Source: Candidatus Uhrbacteria bacterium (lineage in GTDB: Bacteria; Patescibacteriota; Patescibacteriia; JACQRZ01). Taken from it: a stretch of DNA of 64,000 nt. Of the stretch, positions 1-10,500 are shown in pieces. The position numbers were made by a program, and so were the translations under genes. Every line of letters starts with the position of its first letter. The stretch's first letter is position 1. The DNA lies in NCBI GenBank assembly GCA_016188385.1, contig JACPHV010000021.1, positions 2,649 to 66,648 on the forward strand. Reading direction: 5' to 3'. The notes under the pieces were generated by a model, which did not search any database, was not told the DNA's origin, and saw only the letters and a list, made by a program, of their open reading frames with translations.

Positions 1-586
1 CTTCCACGTGTCCATCGCCCTTTTTATACATCTCGAGAATATTTTTGATCAAGCTCATTCCATTCTCACCTCTATCATCAAGACGGCCGACAAACGGTGA
101 AAGAAACACTTGACCCTTTGTCGCGCCTCGCGTCGCCGCGTATACGGCTGCCGCTTGTTCTTGAGAAAACACAAGAGTCATATTGATCCGCATGTTCTCG
201 GCGATCGCCTGGTGCGCCGCTTTTAATCCTTCAGCGGTAGTGGGAAGTTTTATATGCGCGTTTGGTATCCATGAATACATCTTGCGTCCCTCCGCGAGCA
301 TATCTTCGGCTGTTGTCTCACGATCGGCGTATACTTCGACAGAGACGGAACCGTGCGGGATCAAAACAGAAATTTCTTGAACAATATCTTTATAGAACCC
401 CAACAACTCATCAGCTGAAAATTTCTCTCCTCTCTCAATCCGCTTGCGTGCTTCAGGATTTTTTGCAATCAGTGATGGGTTCGTAGTCTGGCCATCAAGA
501 AATCCCAAGGAATCCAGATAGGTTTTAGTCTCCCGAGCGTCCCCTCCATCGAGAAAAATTTTTGATCTAAGATTTTCTGGTTTCAT
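1..586 (-). CDS. tal: Transaldolase (3' end runs off the window)
   Basis: Manual translation from ATG at 586: MKPENLRSKIFLDGGD..GQTTNPSLIAK..SVSVEV..IKLPTTAEGL..INMTLVFSQEQ..FLSPFVGRLDD. Transaldolase/FSA motifs; start overlaps the tkt stop (ATGA). Not in the ORF track. Confidence 0.93.
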   Translation of the reverse strand, partial: MKPENLRSKIFLDGGDARETKTYLDSLGFLDGQTTNPSLIAKNPEARKRIERGEKFSADELLGFYKDIVQEISVLIPHGSVSVEVYADRETTAEDMLAEGRKMYSWIPNAHIKLPTTAEGLKAAHQAIAENMRINMTLVFSQEQAAAVYAATRGATKGQVFLSPFVGRLDDRGENGMSLIKNILEMYKKGDGHVE

Positions 587-2406
587 AGAAGCTCTTTTAC
601 CTTCTTTACAATCGCATCTTTGTTGATCTGTTCATAGGCAAGCAATTCATCAGGTTTGCCGCTTCTCGGCATCTTACGCACAGCAAGAGAGTACACCGGC
701 GTGCTTTGATCTGATAACGCCGCGCTGACAGCCTCTCCGATACCGCCTTCAGGATAATGGTCTTCCACGGTAATAATTGCGCGCGTCTCTGATGCGCATT
801 GCCGAAGCGTCTCAAGGTCGAGAGGCTTAACACTATACAAATCAACGACCCGGATTGCAATCCCGTCGTCGTGTAACGCTTCATATGCGGCAAGAGCTTC
901 GTACAGCGTCACACCCGCACCGATAACAGTGGCTGTGTCATTCGCCGATGACCGCAAGACTTTTGACCCGCCGATTGGAAACTGCTCATCCGGCCGATAC
1001 AAAAGAGGGGTGGCCATGCGTGTTGTACGGATATAAACGATACCACGATATTTCGCGGCTTCTTCTGCCAATGCCTCTGCCGCATAGGCATCAGACGGAT
1101 ACAGCACCACGCTTCCTGACAAAGTACGAAATAATGAAAGATCCTCAAGTCCCATTTGCGAAGCTCCATCTTCTCCGATCGATACTCCCGCATGAGAGCC
1201 GACAAATTTTATATTCGCATCCGAGTATTGGCCCATGCGGATCTGATCATACGCGCGTGAAAAAAAAGCGGCAAAAGTAGAGACGAATGGAATCTTCCCC
1301 CTTCGAGAAAATCCGAGCGCCACGCCGACCATATTCTGTTCCATGATATACATTTCAAAAAACCGATCCGGGAATTTCTTTGCAAAAATCTCCGCGTATG
1401 TAGAATTGCTCACCTCGGCATCCAGCACAACAATGTCAGAATACTTTGGGTAAAGCCGAGCGAGCGCGTTGCCGTACGCGAGTCTGGTGGCAACCGGTTT
1501 CGTGTATTCGCAAAAGGGGGTTGGAACGGATGTAGATTCAATTCTTAATTCTTGTCTATCCGGTTTTGCCACCATTCCATGCATTGATCGATCAATTTCT
1601 CCAAGTCCAACCACTGCTTTCTCATAGTCCTCGTGAGGAATGGCTTTCCCGTGCCATCCATCCTTATCTTCAATCGCTGGCACACCTTTGCCTTTGAGTG
1701 TCTTCGCGATGATCATCACGGGTTTGCCTTGTACCGTGCGAGCATATTCGTATCCTTTACAGATCGCGTCAAGGTCATGTCCATTGATCACGAAGGTATC
1801 CCAACCGAAAGCCGATACACGCTCCTCATAAGCCTTCAAATCATGCCCGTACATTGTCTGCCCGCGTTGCCCCAAACGGTTGACATCCAAAATACCGACC
1901 AGATTGTCTAATCCGTAGTGCGCGGCGAGCTGCATCGCTTCCCATACCGAACCCTCACTCATCTCGCTATCGCCAAGCAAAACGTATGTGCGATAGGGCA
2001 GATGATCGACAAACTTTGCGTTCATAGCCATGCCCACGCCGATAGAAAGTCCTTGACCGAGTGAACCGGTTGGAGCTTCGGTGTAGGGAAATGCAAGGGT
2101 CGGATGTCCCTCGAGCGGGCTGCCAAAAACACGCAATGTGTCAAGCTCTTCTTCGCTCACTTTGCCCGCCGCCGCATAGAGCGCATACAACAGCGGCGAC
2201 GCGTGTCCTTTGGAAAAAATCAGACGGTCATTCGCAGGATGCTGCGGATTATCGAGATCCGCTCGGAATATACCGCCAAACAACAAACCGACCATCAGGT
2301 CGGTCGCTGATAAACTGGTTGATGGGTGACCCGAGCCCGCCTTCGTGGTAGAACGAAGAATGAAATAACGGACGAGCTTTGCAAGAGCCTCAAGATTGGT
2401 ATTCAT
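583..2406 (-). CDS. tkt: Transketolase, single-chain (~607 aa)
   Basis: GSGHP, SKGHA, TPP motif GDSE..EG..WEA, EQNMV, GEDGASQ, VEDHY. Start moved to ATG 2406 (MNTNLE). Confidence 0.93.
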   Translation of the reverse strand: MNTNLEALAKLVRYFILRSTTKAGSGHPSTSLSATDLMVGLLFGGIFRADLDNPQHPANDRLIFSKGHASPLLYALYAAAGKVSEEELDTLRVFGSPLEGHPTLAFPYTEAPTGSLGQGLSIGVGMAMNAKFVDHLPYRTYVLLGDSEMSEGSVWEAMQLAAHYGLDNLVGILDVNRLGQRGQTMYGHDLKAYEERVSAFGWDTFVINGHDLDAICKGYEYARTVQGKPVMIIAKTLKGKGVPAIEDKDGWHGKAIPHEDYEKAVVGLGEIDRSMHGMVAKPDRQELRIESTSVPTPFCEYTKPVATRLAYGNALARLYPKYSDIVVLDAEVSNSTYAEIFAKKFPDRFFEMYIMEQNMVGVALGFSRRGKIPFVSTFAAFFSRAYDQIRMGQYSDANIKFVGSHAGVSIGEDGASQMGLEDLSLFRTLSGSVVLYPSDAYAAEALAEEAAKYRGIVYIRTTRMATPLLYRPDEQFPIGGSKVLRSSANDTATVIGAGVTLYEALAAYEALHDDGIAIRVVDLYSVKPLDLETLRQCASETRAIITVEDHYPEGGIGEAVSAALSDQSTPVYSLAVRKMPRSGKPDELLAYEQINKDAIVKKVKELL

Positions 2407-2454
2407 ACGTATCAGTGTGCCGATCAGCACACTCTTTGTCAAATCAATCGATCT

Positions 2455-3894
2455 CTACGGATGAAGCGTGGCGCGTTCTATCGGACCGTCAGTCCCTTTC
2501 TTATATAAAACGACTTGCTGATCTGACCGCTTCCAGGAACGAAGGACATTGTCGACAAAACGCCAGCTTGCCATGATCTCCGGCGTACTGACAAAAAGCG
2601 TCTGGTTTCCTTCCAACACATCAAGCAAGAGCTTCTCATACGGCCCCATAAACTCGGTGTCCGGATATGCTTGTTTGTAGTCGAATACGAAATCGTTTTC
2701 TTCGATTTTCATTTCGGTGCCGGGACGTTTGACCCAAAAAGACATCGAGATACGTTCTTGCGGCTGAATCTGGTAGCGCAACACGTTATGGAAATGCGCA
2801 TCACCGGGGCATAGGCACGGCGCAGGGTGACGAAACCGTACGGATATTTTTGCGATCGCGTCTTTTAACGCTTTGCCGTTTTCCAAAATAATCGGCACGC
2901 CGCGCCACCGGCGGGTACGAATAAATGCCCTGATCATATAGTACGTCTCTGTTTGAGTATCAGGCGCGACGTTTTTTTCACGCGCATACCCTTCATACTG
3001 TCCCCGAATCGTATGCTCGCGAACAGTTCGCGTCGTATAGGGCGCAAGGGCGCGGAGCACTTCTGCCCGCCCCGCGCGGATCGTATCCGCGCTAAAATCC
3101 TTGGGAGTATCCATTGTAAAGAGCGCGAGCAACTGTAGGATATGATTTTGCCCCATATCGCGGAGCATCCCGACTCCGTCAAACAACTCTCCTCTGCCTT
3201 CAATATCAATTTTTTCCGAAATTTTAATATGAATGCGTTCGATAAAATCATTGTTCCACGCATGCTCCAAAAATGAATTTGAAAAACGGAACGCAAGGAT
3301 GTTTTGCACCGTCTCTTTTCCAAGATAATGATCAATGCGATAGACCTGTTCTTCGGAAAAAAGCTTTCCCAAAAGCGCGTCAAGTTTTTCTGCTGTTTTT
3401 AAATTTTTTCCGAATGGTTTTTCTACAATTACCCTGGTCCATCCACTTTCCTCTGAGTGAGAAGAAGCAAGATGTGAGTCAGCCAAATGGCGAAAGATGG
3501 TTTCATAATATTCCGGAGGCACTGCCAGATAAAAAAACTTATTTGCGCACGTACTCCATTCCTTATCACGCACTCCCAGTCGTTGCGCGAGTTTATTGTA
3601 CCCATCTACAGTATCGAAAAAACCGCTACTGTAGCTGAAAAGATGGAGAAACGGATGAATAACTCCCTCGTCGAGATTCTTGATGCGATCTTGAAGGCTT
3701 GCCAAAACAAGTGCGCGAAATTCATCATCGCTCCACTCACGCCGAGAATACCCGATCACATGAAAAAGAGGCGGAAGGAGTTTTCTCTGATAGAGCTGGT
3801 AAAGAGATGGGATTAGCTTGCGGCGCATCAAATCTCCGGTTGCTCCAAAAACGATAAAAATGGTTGGCGTGGTGGATTTTGAAAAATCAGTCAT
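2455..3894 (-). CDS. zwf: Glucose-6-phosphate 1-dehydrogenase
   Basis: FGATGDL, EKPFG, YRIDHYLGKE, RDMGQNH motifs. Confidence 0.97.
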   Translation of the reverse strand: MTDFSKSTTPTIFIVFGATGDLMRRKLIPSLYQLYQRKLLPPLFHVIGYSRREWSDDEFRALVLASLQDRIKNLDEGVIHPFLHLFSYSSGFFDTVDGYNKLAQRLGVRDKEWSTCANKFFYLAVPPEYYETIFRHLADSHLASSHSEESGWTRVIVEKPFGKNLKTAEKLDALLGKLFSEEQVYRIDHYLGKETVQNILAFRFSNSFLEHAWNNDFIERIHIKISEKIDIEGRGELFDGVGMLRDMGQNHILQLLALFTMDTPKDFSADTIRAGRAEVLRALAPYTTRTVREHTIRGQYEGYAREKNVAPDTQTETYYMIRAFIRTRRWRGVPIILENGKALKDAIAKISVRFRHPAPCLCPGDAHFHNVLRYQIQPQERISMSFWVKRPGTEMKIEENDFVFDYKQAYPDTEFMGPYEKLLLDVLEGNQTLFVSTPEIMASWRFVDNVLRSWKRSDQQVVLYKKGTDGPIERATLHP

Positions 3895-3900
3895 AGATCA

Positions 3901-3929
3901 ATCGTACCCGACAAAAAGCAAAATTGCAA
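3901..3929 (-). promoter_or_regulatory. Sigma70 promoter for zwf-tkt-tal, probably giving a leaderless mRNA
   Basis: Minus strand TTGCAA-17 nt-TACGAT, then 6 nt to the zwf ATG. Confidence 0.6.
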
Positions 3930-3962
3930 AAAAAAATAAGACCCGTTTTGTCCGACGGGTCT
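3930..3962 (-). terminator. Intrinsic terminator after the radical SAM gene
   Basis: Minus strand AGACCCGT-loop-ACGGGTCT followed by a T-rich run. Confidence 0.75.
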
Positions 3963-3997
3963 AAAAAATGAGAAACGTTTCAGGATCGAATTCCGGT

Positions 3998-5743
3998 TTA
4001 CAAAAGCGTGCGTGCGAATGTCGCCACGTCATTGAAGCTCCTGAAGCTCGCTTGGCGCCCCAGCTCTTCTTTGACTATGGTATTCGCCTTCACGATGGCG
4101 TTGTCCAAATGTTTGACACCCGGTTCGGGCGGCACCACTTGCGCCATTCGTTTGAGTTCGTCCCATGTGTAGCGACCGCGATTCACCCACCACGGAATAG
4201 TCGAGGTTACGCCGTATGCCCAATGCTTCCGACACGCCTGCTCGAGAATATCTCGCGTCGCTTCTACCTTCTTACGAGAGATAGCGCGATAACGGAAATC
4301 TCGGTTGAGGTGCAGAGGCTTGAAATCCGCATCCGCTTCAATCAACTGACTGTGAGTCTCCCCCATCTCTTCCGGACTGTGTCGGGTGAGCCGATACCGT
4401 CCTGATTTTATGGTAAGGATGTAATCTCCATGTTCTTCCAGAAACGCCGTCCACGCGAGCCCCCAATGAAGAGATTCACCTGGAATTCCAACGATCAAGA
4501 AAACATGCGTTTGGATGCCTGCCGCTTTGAGATTGGCGAGGATAACGCCGTAATTCTTCGGTGTATTCCATTTTTTGTTTTCTCGCGACAGAGTGTCCGG
4601 CGACAACGTCTCGAGCCCAAGTTGCACCGCGCGACAACCAGCTTCATACAGCTTTACGCATACTGCCGGATTTAACAGTTGGTCGGTTACGGTTACATAA
4701 CACTCCCACGTAGCCGGGTGGTTAAGTCGCAGAAGTTCCTTGCCCAATGCGATTTGCACGGGGATCGGAAACAACTCGTCCGTAATCTCAAAACGCGTTG
4801 CGCCGAGATTGATCATGTGTTCGGCTATTCGCCGAGGACTCATGGTCCGTGGTCTATGCAGAAAAGTATCGCTTGCGGCCCCAATCGCGCAGAACCCGCA
4901 CTGCATGTAGCAGTTTGATGCGGTGTAGAGCGAAGGGACGAAGTCGGGCGACCATTGCCTTGCGCCGCCATCGAAGTCCGGTGTTGGAAGCGTTTCGAAG
5001 TTTGTCGGATTTTGAGTGGCAGAATTAACCACCACCTCACCGTTCTTTCTCCAAGCGACACCCGAAGCATGAGCCGGGTTGAGCGTTGCCGCAAGTGCCG
5101 CAAGCGGCTGGAAGCCTTCCCGATGCACAATGGCGTCGCAGTAGTTGAAAAACTGCGCAAACTCGGACATATGGAAGGCGTGAGTTACGCGCGACCAGAA
5201 GTTGCCACCGAGAACCACCAAGCACCGAGGAAATTCATCTTTCACCATCGAGGCGAGGATGAGCGCCTGAATGAACTGGCGTTCGTCTGCGACGCTGATG
5301 CCATAGAGATCGGGTTTGAAATCGCGCGCGAACGGCAACTCCACTTTAGTGAAGTAGTCATACCACACATGGTGCTCACGATTCTTTACCGCCTCCAGCG
5401 CACGCTCGATAGAACCGTCATAGTAGCTTGAAACAAAACTTACATTGTTTCGCGCCACCTCGAACCTGTCATGAATAGCAATACCGTTCGACACGCGCTC
5501 GAAAGTTATACGGGCTTCGTAAAGCGCATGAATGTCACTGTGCGGATTCCGTATTACCGCAAGCGCACTTTCAACATCCGCGCCGCCGTGTTCCTTGAGC
5601 ACGTATTCAAGGCCGAGTATGTGTCCGTAGCGCTGTATCACTTCGTGCCCATCGCTTTGAAGCATCGCGGCGAGCTGTGCGATTCCGCCAGGGATGTGCC
5701 ATGGAGATGACACCGGCGGGTATTGCAATATAATGCGAGCCAT
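3998..5743 (-). CDS. Cobalamin-binding-domain radical SAM protein
   Basis: CYMQCGFC (CxxxCxxC), N-terminal B12-BD-like segment (..PDLYGIS..VVLGGN), LGLET, FLIVGIPGE. Start ATG 5743 has SD GAAGGGAG. Confidence 0.85.
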   Translation of the reverse strand: MARIILQYPPVSSPWHIPGGIAQLAAMLQSDGHEVIQRYGHILGLEYVLKEHGGADVESALAVIRNPHSDIHALYEARITFERVSNGIAIHDRFEVARNNVSFVSSYYDGSIERALEAVKNREHHVWYDYFTKVELPFARDFKPDLYGISVADERQFIQALILASMVKDEFPRCLVVLGGNFWSRVTHAFHMSEFAQFFNYCDAIVHREGFQPLAALAATLNPAHASGVAWRKNGEVVVNSATQNPTNFETLPTPDFDGGARQWSPDFVPSLYTASNCYMQCGFCAIGAASDTFLHRPRTMSPRRIAEHMINLGATRFEITDELFPIPVQIALGKELLRLNHPATWECYVTVTDQLLNPAVCVKLYEAGCRAVQLGLETLSPDTLSRENKKWNTPKNYGVILANLKAAGIQTHVFLIVGIPGESLHWGLAWTAFLEEHGDYILTIKSGRYRLTRHSPEEMGETHSQLIEADADFKPLHLNRDFRYRAISRKKVEATRDILEQACRKHWAYGVTSTIPWWVNRGRYTWDELKRMAQVVPPEPGVKHLDNAIVKANTIVKEELGRQASFRSFNDVATFARTLL

Positions 5744-5819
5744 TGAGTATACTCCCTTCATGCAGTGAGTGTGTTTCTCATTGTTGAAATGAACGGCTCT
5801 TAGGCCTAAAAGTTTGCTC

Positions 5820-5955
5820 ACTCTAATTGTATAGAAATGTAGTGTCAATGATTATTGACATTTATTTTTTCAAATATGCCTTTTTTTGCTTTATTTATAA
5901 AGATTGACAAGCCTTGCACTATATTATATAATACTATTGTCGAAATAAATCCACA
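5820..5955. promoter_or_regulatory. Divergent sigma70 promoters with two candidate TrmB operators
   Basis: Plus strand perfect TTGACA(5904)-17-TATAAT(5927). Minus strand TTGACA(5848)-17-TAGAGT. TGTC-N10-GACA at 5843-5860 and TGTC-N10-CACA at 5938-5955. Confidence 0.75.
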
Positions 5956-5960
5956 CATTT

Positions 5961-6761
5961 ATGGAACAAGCTCTCCTTGAATTCGGTCTCTCACAAAAGG
6001 AAGTGAAGGTATACTTGGCCTTGGTTCTTCTAGGCACAACGCCAATTACCCCTCTGGCGAAACAAGCGCAAATCAACCGTACAACAACGTACGATATTAT
6101 TGAATCGCTGATTCAGCATGGTTTGGTATCGCGTGTAGGTGGTATAAAGAAAGAAACATTCACATCCGAGCCGCCGGAAAAAATACCGCTTCTGCTTGAG
6201 GCGCGGATGAGAAAATTGAACCAGCAAATGATAAAAGCGCAGTCGCTTGTGCGCCAGTTAAAATTTTTTGGTTCTCGCCAACCCGGGAGACCGAAAATCA
6301 GTCTTTATGATGGCAGTGCGGGAATCAAAAATTTATACGAGGATTCGCTCCTCACATCAGAAGATATTCGCTCTTTTTCGTCCACGGAATCATTGGAATC
6401 ATTTGATCCTGCCTTTCTCCATGAATACTATGAACAACGTGCCAATAAAAAAATTTTCATAAGGGCGATTATCAATGATGTGCACTCTGCTCATGAGTAC
6501 CAAAAACAAGATAGGAAACTGCATCGTGAATTACGCATCGTCCCAAAAGATATGATGGATATACGACCGGAAATATATATGTATGACAACAAGGTTGCGA
6601 TTTTTTCTTTGGAAGAAAAATTCGGCGTTCTGCTTGAATCAATTGATATCGCCAATGCCTTAAAAAAACTATATGACCTCGCCTGGGAGAAAGCAAAAGA
6701 ATACGACAGCAGGATTAAAAAGAAACGGCGGCAGACCGGATGCCCGCTTCCGCGCGGATGA
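5961..6761 (+). CDS. TrmB-family transcriptional regulator
   Basis: N-terminal wHTH (FGLSQKEVKVYLAL..INRTTTYDIIESL..GLV) and C-terminal PLD-like sensor (IYMYDNKVAIFS). Confidence 0.9.
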   Translation: MEQALLEFGLSQKEVKVYLALVLLGTTPITPLAKQAQINRTTTYDIIESLIQHGLVSRVGGIKKETFTSEPPEKIPLLLEARMRKLNQQMIKAQSLVRQLKFFGSRQPGRPKISLYDGSAGIKNLYEDSLLTSEDIRSFSSTESLESFDPAFLHEYYEQRANKKIFIRAIINDVHSAHEYQKQDRKLHRELRIVPKDMMDIRPEIYMYDNKVAIFSLEEKFGVLLESIDIANALKKLYDLAWEKAKEYDSRIKKKRRQTGCPLPRG

Positions 6762-6802
6762 CACAGGCTCAGATTATATTGATCTTTTTTAAAATCTTAC
6801 TA

Positions 6803-6975
6803 TGAGACTGTAGAAAAATAGCTTCCTGGTCATTTCCGATTCAATTTCATCCCAAAAAGGATGATGAACGCGAAGGAATACTGGAGTATTCCGACAAGTT
6901 CAGCGCCTTTTTGGGATGAAATTGGGCGGAAAGGAGCCGGAAGAAAGTACCATCTGATATTTTGCTACGGTCTCA
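6803..6975. repeat. 173-bp imperfect palindromic repeat, copy 1 (MITE/RPE-like)
   Basis: Terminal IRs TGAGACTGTAGAAAAATA / TATTTTGCTACGGTCTCA; perfect 19-bp inner stem 6842-6860/6906-6924; near-identical inverted copy at 49428-49601. Confidence 0.92.
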
Positions 6976-7547
6976 TCATACAACTTTGCAAAATATATAC
7001 GGTCTTTATGCGATTTGCGCACTTTAATGATGGGAAACCCTATCCTGTCCTCGCTTTGTTGTACTCGTCTGGAATCATCGATCATTAAAATTTTACCGCG
7101 TGACTTAGCATATAATCCCCGTAACATTTTTTCTTTGGTGATTTGGGGGGTAACCAATACCCTTGAGAAATAGTGCGCCAATCCTGATTGTTGAAGTTTG
7201 ACTCTCTGATAGGAGGAGTCGCCATGAGTCACAAGATACAGGGGCGCAAACTGCCGCGCGCGAGAGAGAAAAGTACGAACGCCGGAAAATACGTATCTGT
7301 CAGAAGAACGCACAAGCGCGGTAATCTCCGCGAGCAAGGCGCGTGATTCCCTCCTCGGCAACCCGAGATGAGAGACATATCTCGATGGCGTAAAACGCTG
7401 CGCCACTGCCGCGCGGTACGCTTCTTTTGCCCGCATGCGCGATACGCCGTACGAGCGAGAATGCGCGTATACGTCTTCGCGGATACGCACTGTATCGAGA
7501 AGCGTATGATCAAGATCGATGCAAATCGGAAAGATAGTCTTATTCAT
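6900..7547 (-). CDS. HAD-family hydrolase whose last 24 aa are encoded by the repeat
   Basis: IDLDHTL (DxDxT), LVTHG, MIDDS. Start MNKTIF at 7547 overlaps the upstream stop. Confidence 0.85.
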   Translation of the reverse strand: MNKTIFPICIDLDHTLLDTVRIREDVYAHSRSYGVSRMRAKEAYRAAVAQRFTPSRYVSHLGLPRRESRALLAEITALVRSSDRYVFSGVRTFLSRARQFAPLYLVTHGDSSYQRVKLQQSGLAHYFSRVLVTPQITKEKMLRGLYAKSRGKILMIDDSRRVQQSEDRIGFPIIKVRKSHKDRIYFAKLYDETVAKYQMVLSSGSFPPNFIPKRR

Positions 7548-10500
7548 TTCTCTTGCGTTGATAGTATTGTAAGAAAAGACCGCCAAAAACCACTGTGATC
7601 GCAACGAGCGCGGCAACGCCATATGACGGCAGCGTTGCGTGCCGAGCAACAATCGTATATTCCGGATTCTCTGTCACTTCGACCCGGCGCGAACTCGTAA
7701 TCACGATATCATCGGCTGTACGAGGCAAGATACGGTAGCCGCTCGCAGTTTTACCGACTATGCCGATCACGTCAACCAACTGCCCTTTTTGCACATCCAT
7801 TTTTTCAATGCCCGTGGACTTTTTTACGTACGCGCGGATCTCTCCTGTAGCATCTTTCAAATAAATATGCGGCCAGCGCACTTGCGTCACTTCACCGGAT
7901 ATTGTCGCAAGCGCGTTGAGCGTCTCATCATTGATGGATTGTATTGTGAGCTGCGCTCTCTCTACCGTTTTGCCGTCTCCATTTGATAACGCGCGCACAC
8001 TCCCTTCTGATCCGATTGAGACAGCCGGGCCGCTGACATACTTCTTGAAAGAACCGCGAGCTTCTAAAAAATCGCCAATGGCAAATTTCGGCAGATCACT
8101 CTTTGCGTACCTTACAAGCATACCATTCTTTCCGTCGCTGATATAGAGCTCCGTTGGATCAAACAATCCGGCTGGCACTGTTACGGTGCCTCGCACTAAA
8201 ATAGGCGTATTTTGTTTCACGCCGCGCAGTTGTTCAAAATCATGGATAGGCAAATTCGATGCTGTGTTTTTATCCTTGGCACTCGGTTGCTGTAGGGTAT
8301 GTTCCGATTCTGATAAAATGACTGTGTCATTTGGCGGAACTTGCTTGCTTATTTTTACCCCCGCAATGATATTTTTCACGCCTCGCGAAATATCAGAAGT
8401 CCATATCCAATCATTAGCTTCACCGCGCGCAAAACTTTTTCCTTCCGGCGATTCTGTGTAGTCAATACTGTCTATGGCGGTACCGTACCAATCGCGCAAT
8501 ACGAGCTCATCACCGCTGTTACGCAGGACAAACCCTCTTCCGTTCGTCGGAGTCACAAAAAATCCGTAGGGAGGTACGTGGCTTCCTTGCGGAATCGTAT
8601 AGTGCGTCCTGCCGCCCTGGAGCTCAATGATCCATTGTGAAATATCAACAGCGGCATCGCCTGCGTTGTATAATTCGATAAATTCCTGTCCGCGATCGGG
8701 GCCCGTGGGATTTGGCAATAATTCATTAAAAAAGATGGTGGGTGAAGAAGTTGCTGTTTCGGTGGGAACCGACGGACTCGATGAAGAGATTTCGGATTTT
8801 TTTCGTAACTCTACTGATGACGCGATTGATTCTCGCGGCGTGGGAGAATCAATGATTGTAATATGGCGCGTCTCGATTTTTTCGTGAACCCCTGCTCGCA
8901 CCGTAAGCGCGATTTCATAGATACCGACGGCGCGATAGGTATGAACGGCAGACAAAGACGCTACTACTGCAGGTGAACCGTCTCCAAAATCCCACTCATA
9001 CGCAAGCTGGTCATTGTCAGGATCCTGTGTGTCGCTTGCGTCGAAAAACAATTCCTGGCTTACGGTCCCCGACAGCGGCGCGAAAAGCGCGATACGCGGC
9101 GGTTCGTTTTGTTTTGTCATGATATTAGGTTTGCCGGGTGTCACTGTTTCCGTCCAAGCATAACGATCATCAGCGCCGCGAGCGTAGCTCTTGTTGCGCG
9201 GCGCGTCGATCGCATAGGATGCATGAGTGACTGATTTCTCGCCGCCTTTTTGATAAAGTTTTACGCTGTCTCCGCCGTAATTTTTCAAAGCAATCGCGCT
9301 TGCGCTTCGCGGCACGATGAAATAGGCTTCGGGAGCAAGCAATGTAGAAGACGCATGCGTATCGGAAATCACATACGACACACTACCCGAAACAAGCCGC
9401 CAGCCGTCGATATCGATAGGTTCTTCCCCGCTGTTGTACAGCTCGATGAATTCCTCTGTGCTTGTCGCGGATGGAAACGGATACGGAAACAATTCGGAGA
9501 TCACAATCGCCGATTGATAAGGCGGGGTAGCAGCGGATTTTTCCTCTTTCAAAATATTCGATTCACCGGGAGTCGCATGAACTGTGACGTGAAAATCGTC
9601 TGCATTGTTGAATGTATTGCGCCCATCGGGAAAACGCGCGACTGACGCCGGTGCATATGCGCGCGGCGCGTTGTTTTCAATCACTCCGTCATCCCAGCCG
9701 CCATAGCTGACACTGTCGATTGCCGTGCCTTTTTTATCGCGCACTGTAATGGAGTCACCGGCATTATTCAACATGGCATTTTTGAATTCAAACACGGCGA
9801 ACCGGGCGCTGCCGCTCACGCCGAGAATCTCGGACAGTTTTATCGTGTTGCGCGATCCGTCTTCCAAGAACCATTCTTTCAGATCGATCGGTACCGGACT
9901 ATTGTTATAGAGCTCAACCCACTCGCGCGGATCATCCCCCGGATCAGCAACGAATTCGTTAATCACCACATCGCCCCAAGCCGGTTTCCATGGTGACTGG
10001 ATCGTTGCGTTCGGAGCTGAAGAAGACGCAACTTGGTCGGATTGGCCGTCGACTGGAGGATTATCGGCAGCCATTTCATAGACGTTCTTCGCGCCAATAG
10101 TATTCGTACCAGCTGCTGACTCGATCCAATTTGCGCCAGTATAATCATTGATGTCCGCCGATATGCGCTGGAGAGAACCGTCAGGGGCGGGCAGATAAGT
10201 AAATTGCTCAATGATCGACCCATCCGCGGATGCAAGCGCAATCGCTTCTCCGTCTGCACGCAGAGTCTGCCAAGCGCTGTCGATGAGCGTGCCTGTAAAA
10301 GCAGGGTAGTCGGCAGCCGTAGCTGCCGCATTATCCGCGATGACCGCGTATTCACCCGGATCGATAGTCAGGTCACCGCGGTATTCCTTCAAACCATGAT
10401 TTGTCCCGTCTTCGACGAATTTCCAACCCGTAATGTCTATTGAACTGCTTCCTTTATTATATATCTCAATCCATTCATGCTCGGATTTTTCATACGCCGC

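Noticed and set aside
5744-5848. ORF-track N-terminal extension of the radical SAM gene (similar extensions for rpiB, pyrE, rpsA, sigma, GT2)
   Set aside because: Extensions overlap promoters or upstream genes; downstream starts fit SD sites or domain boundaries better.
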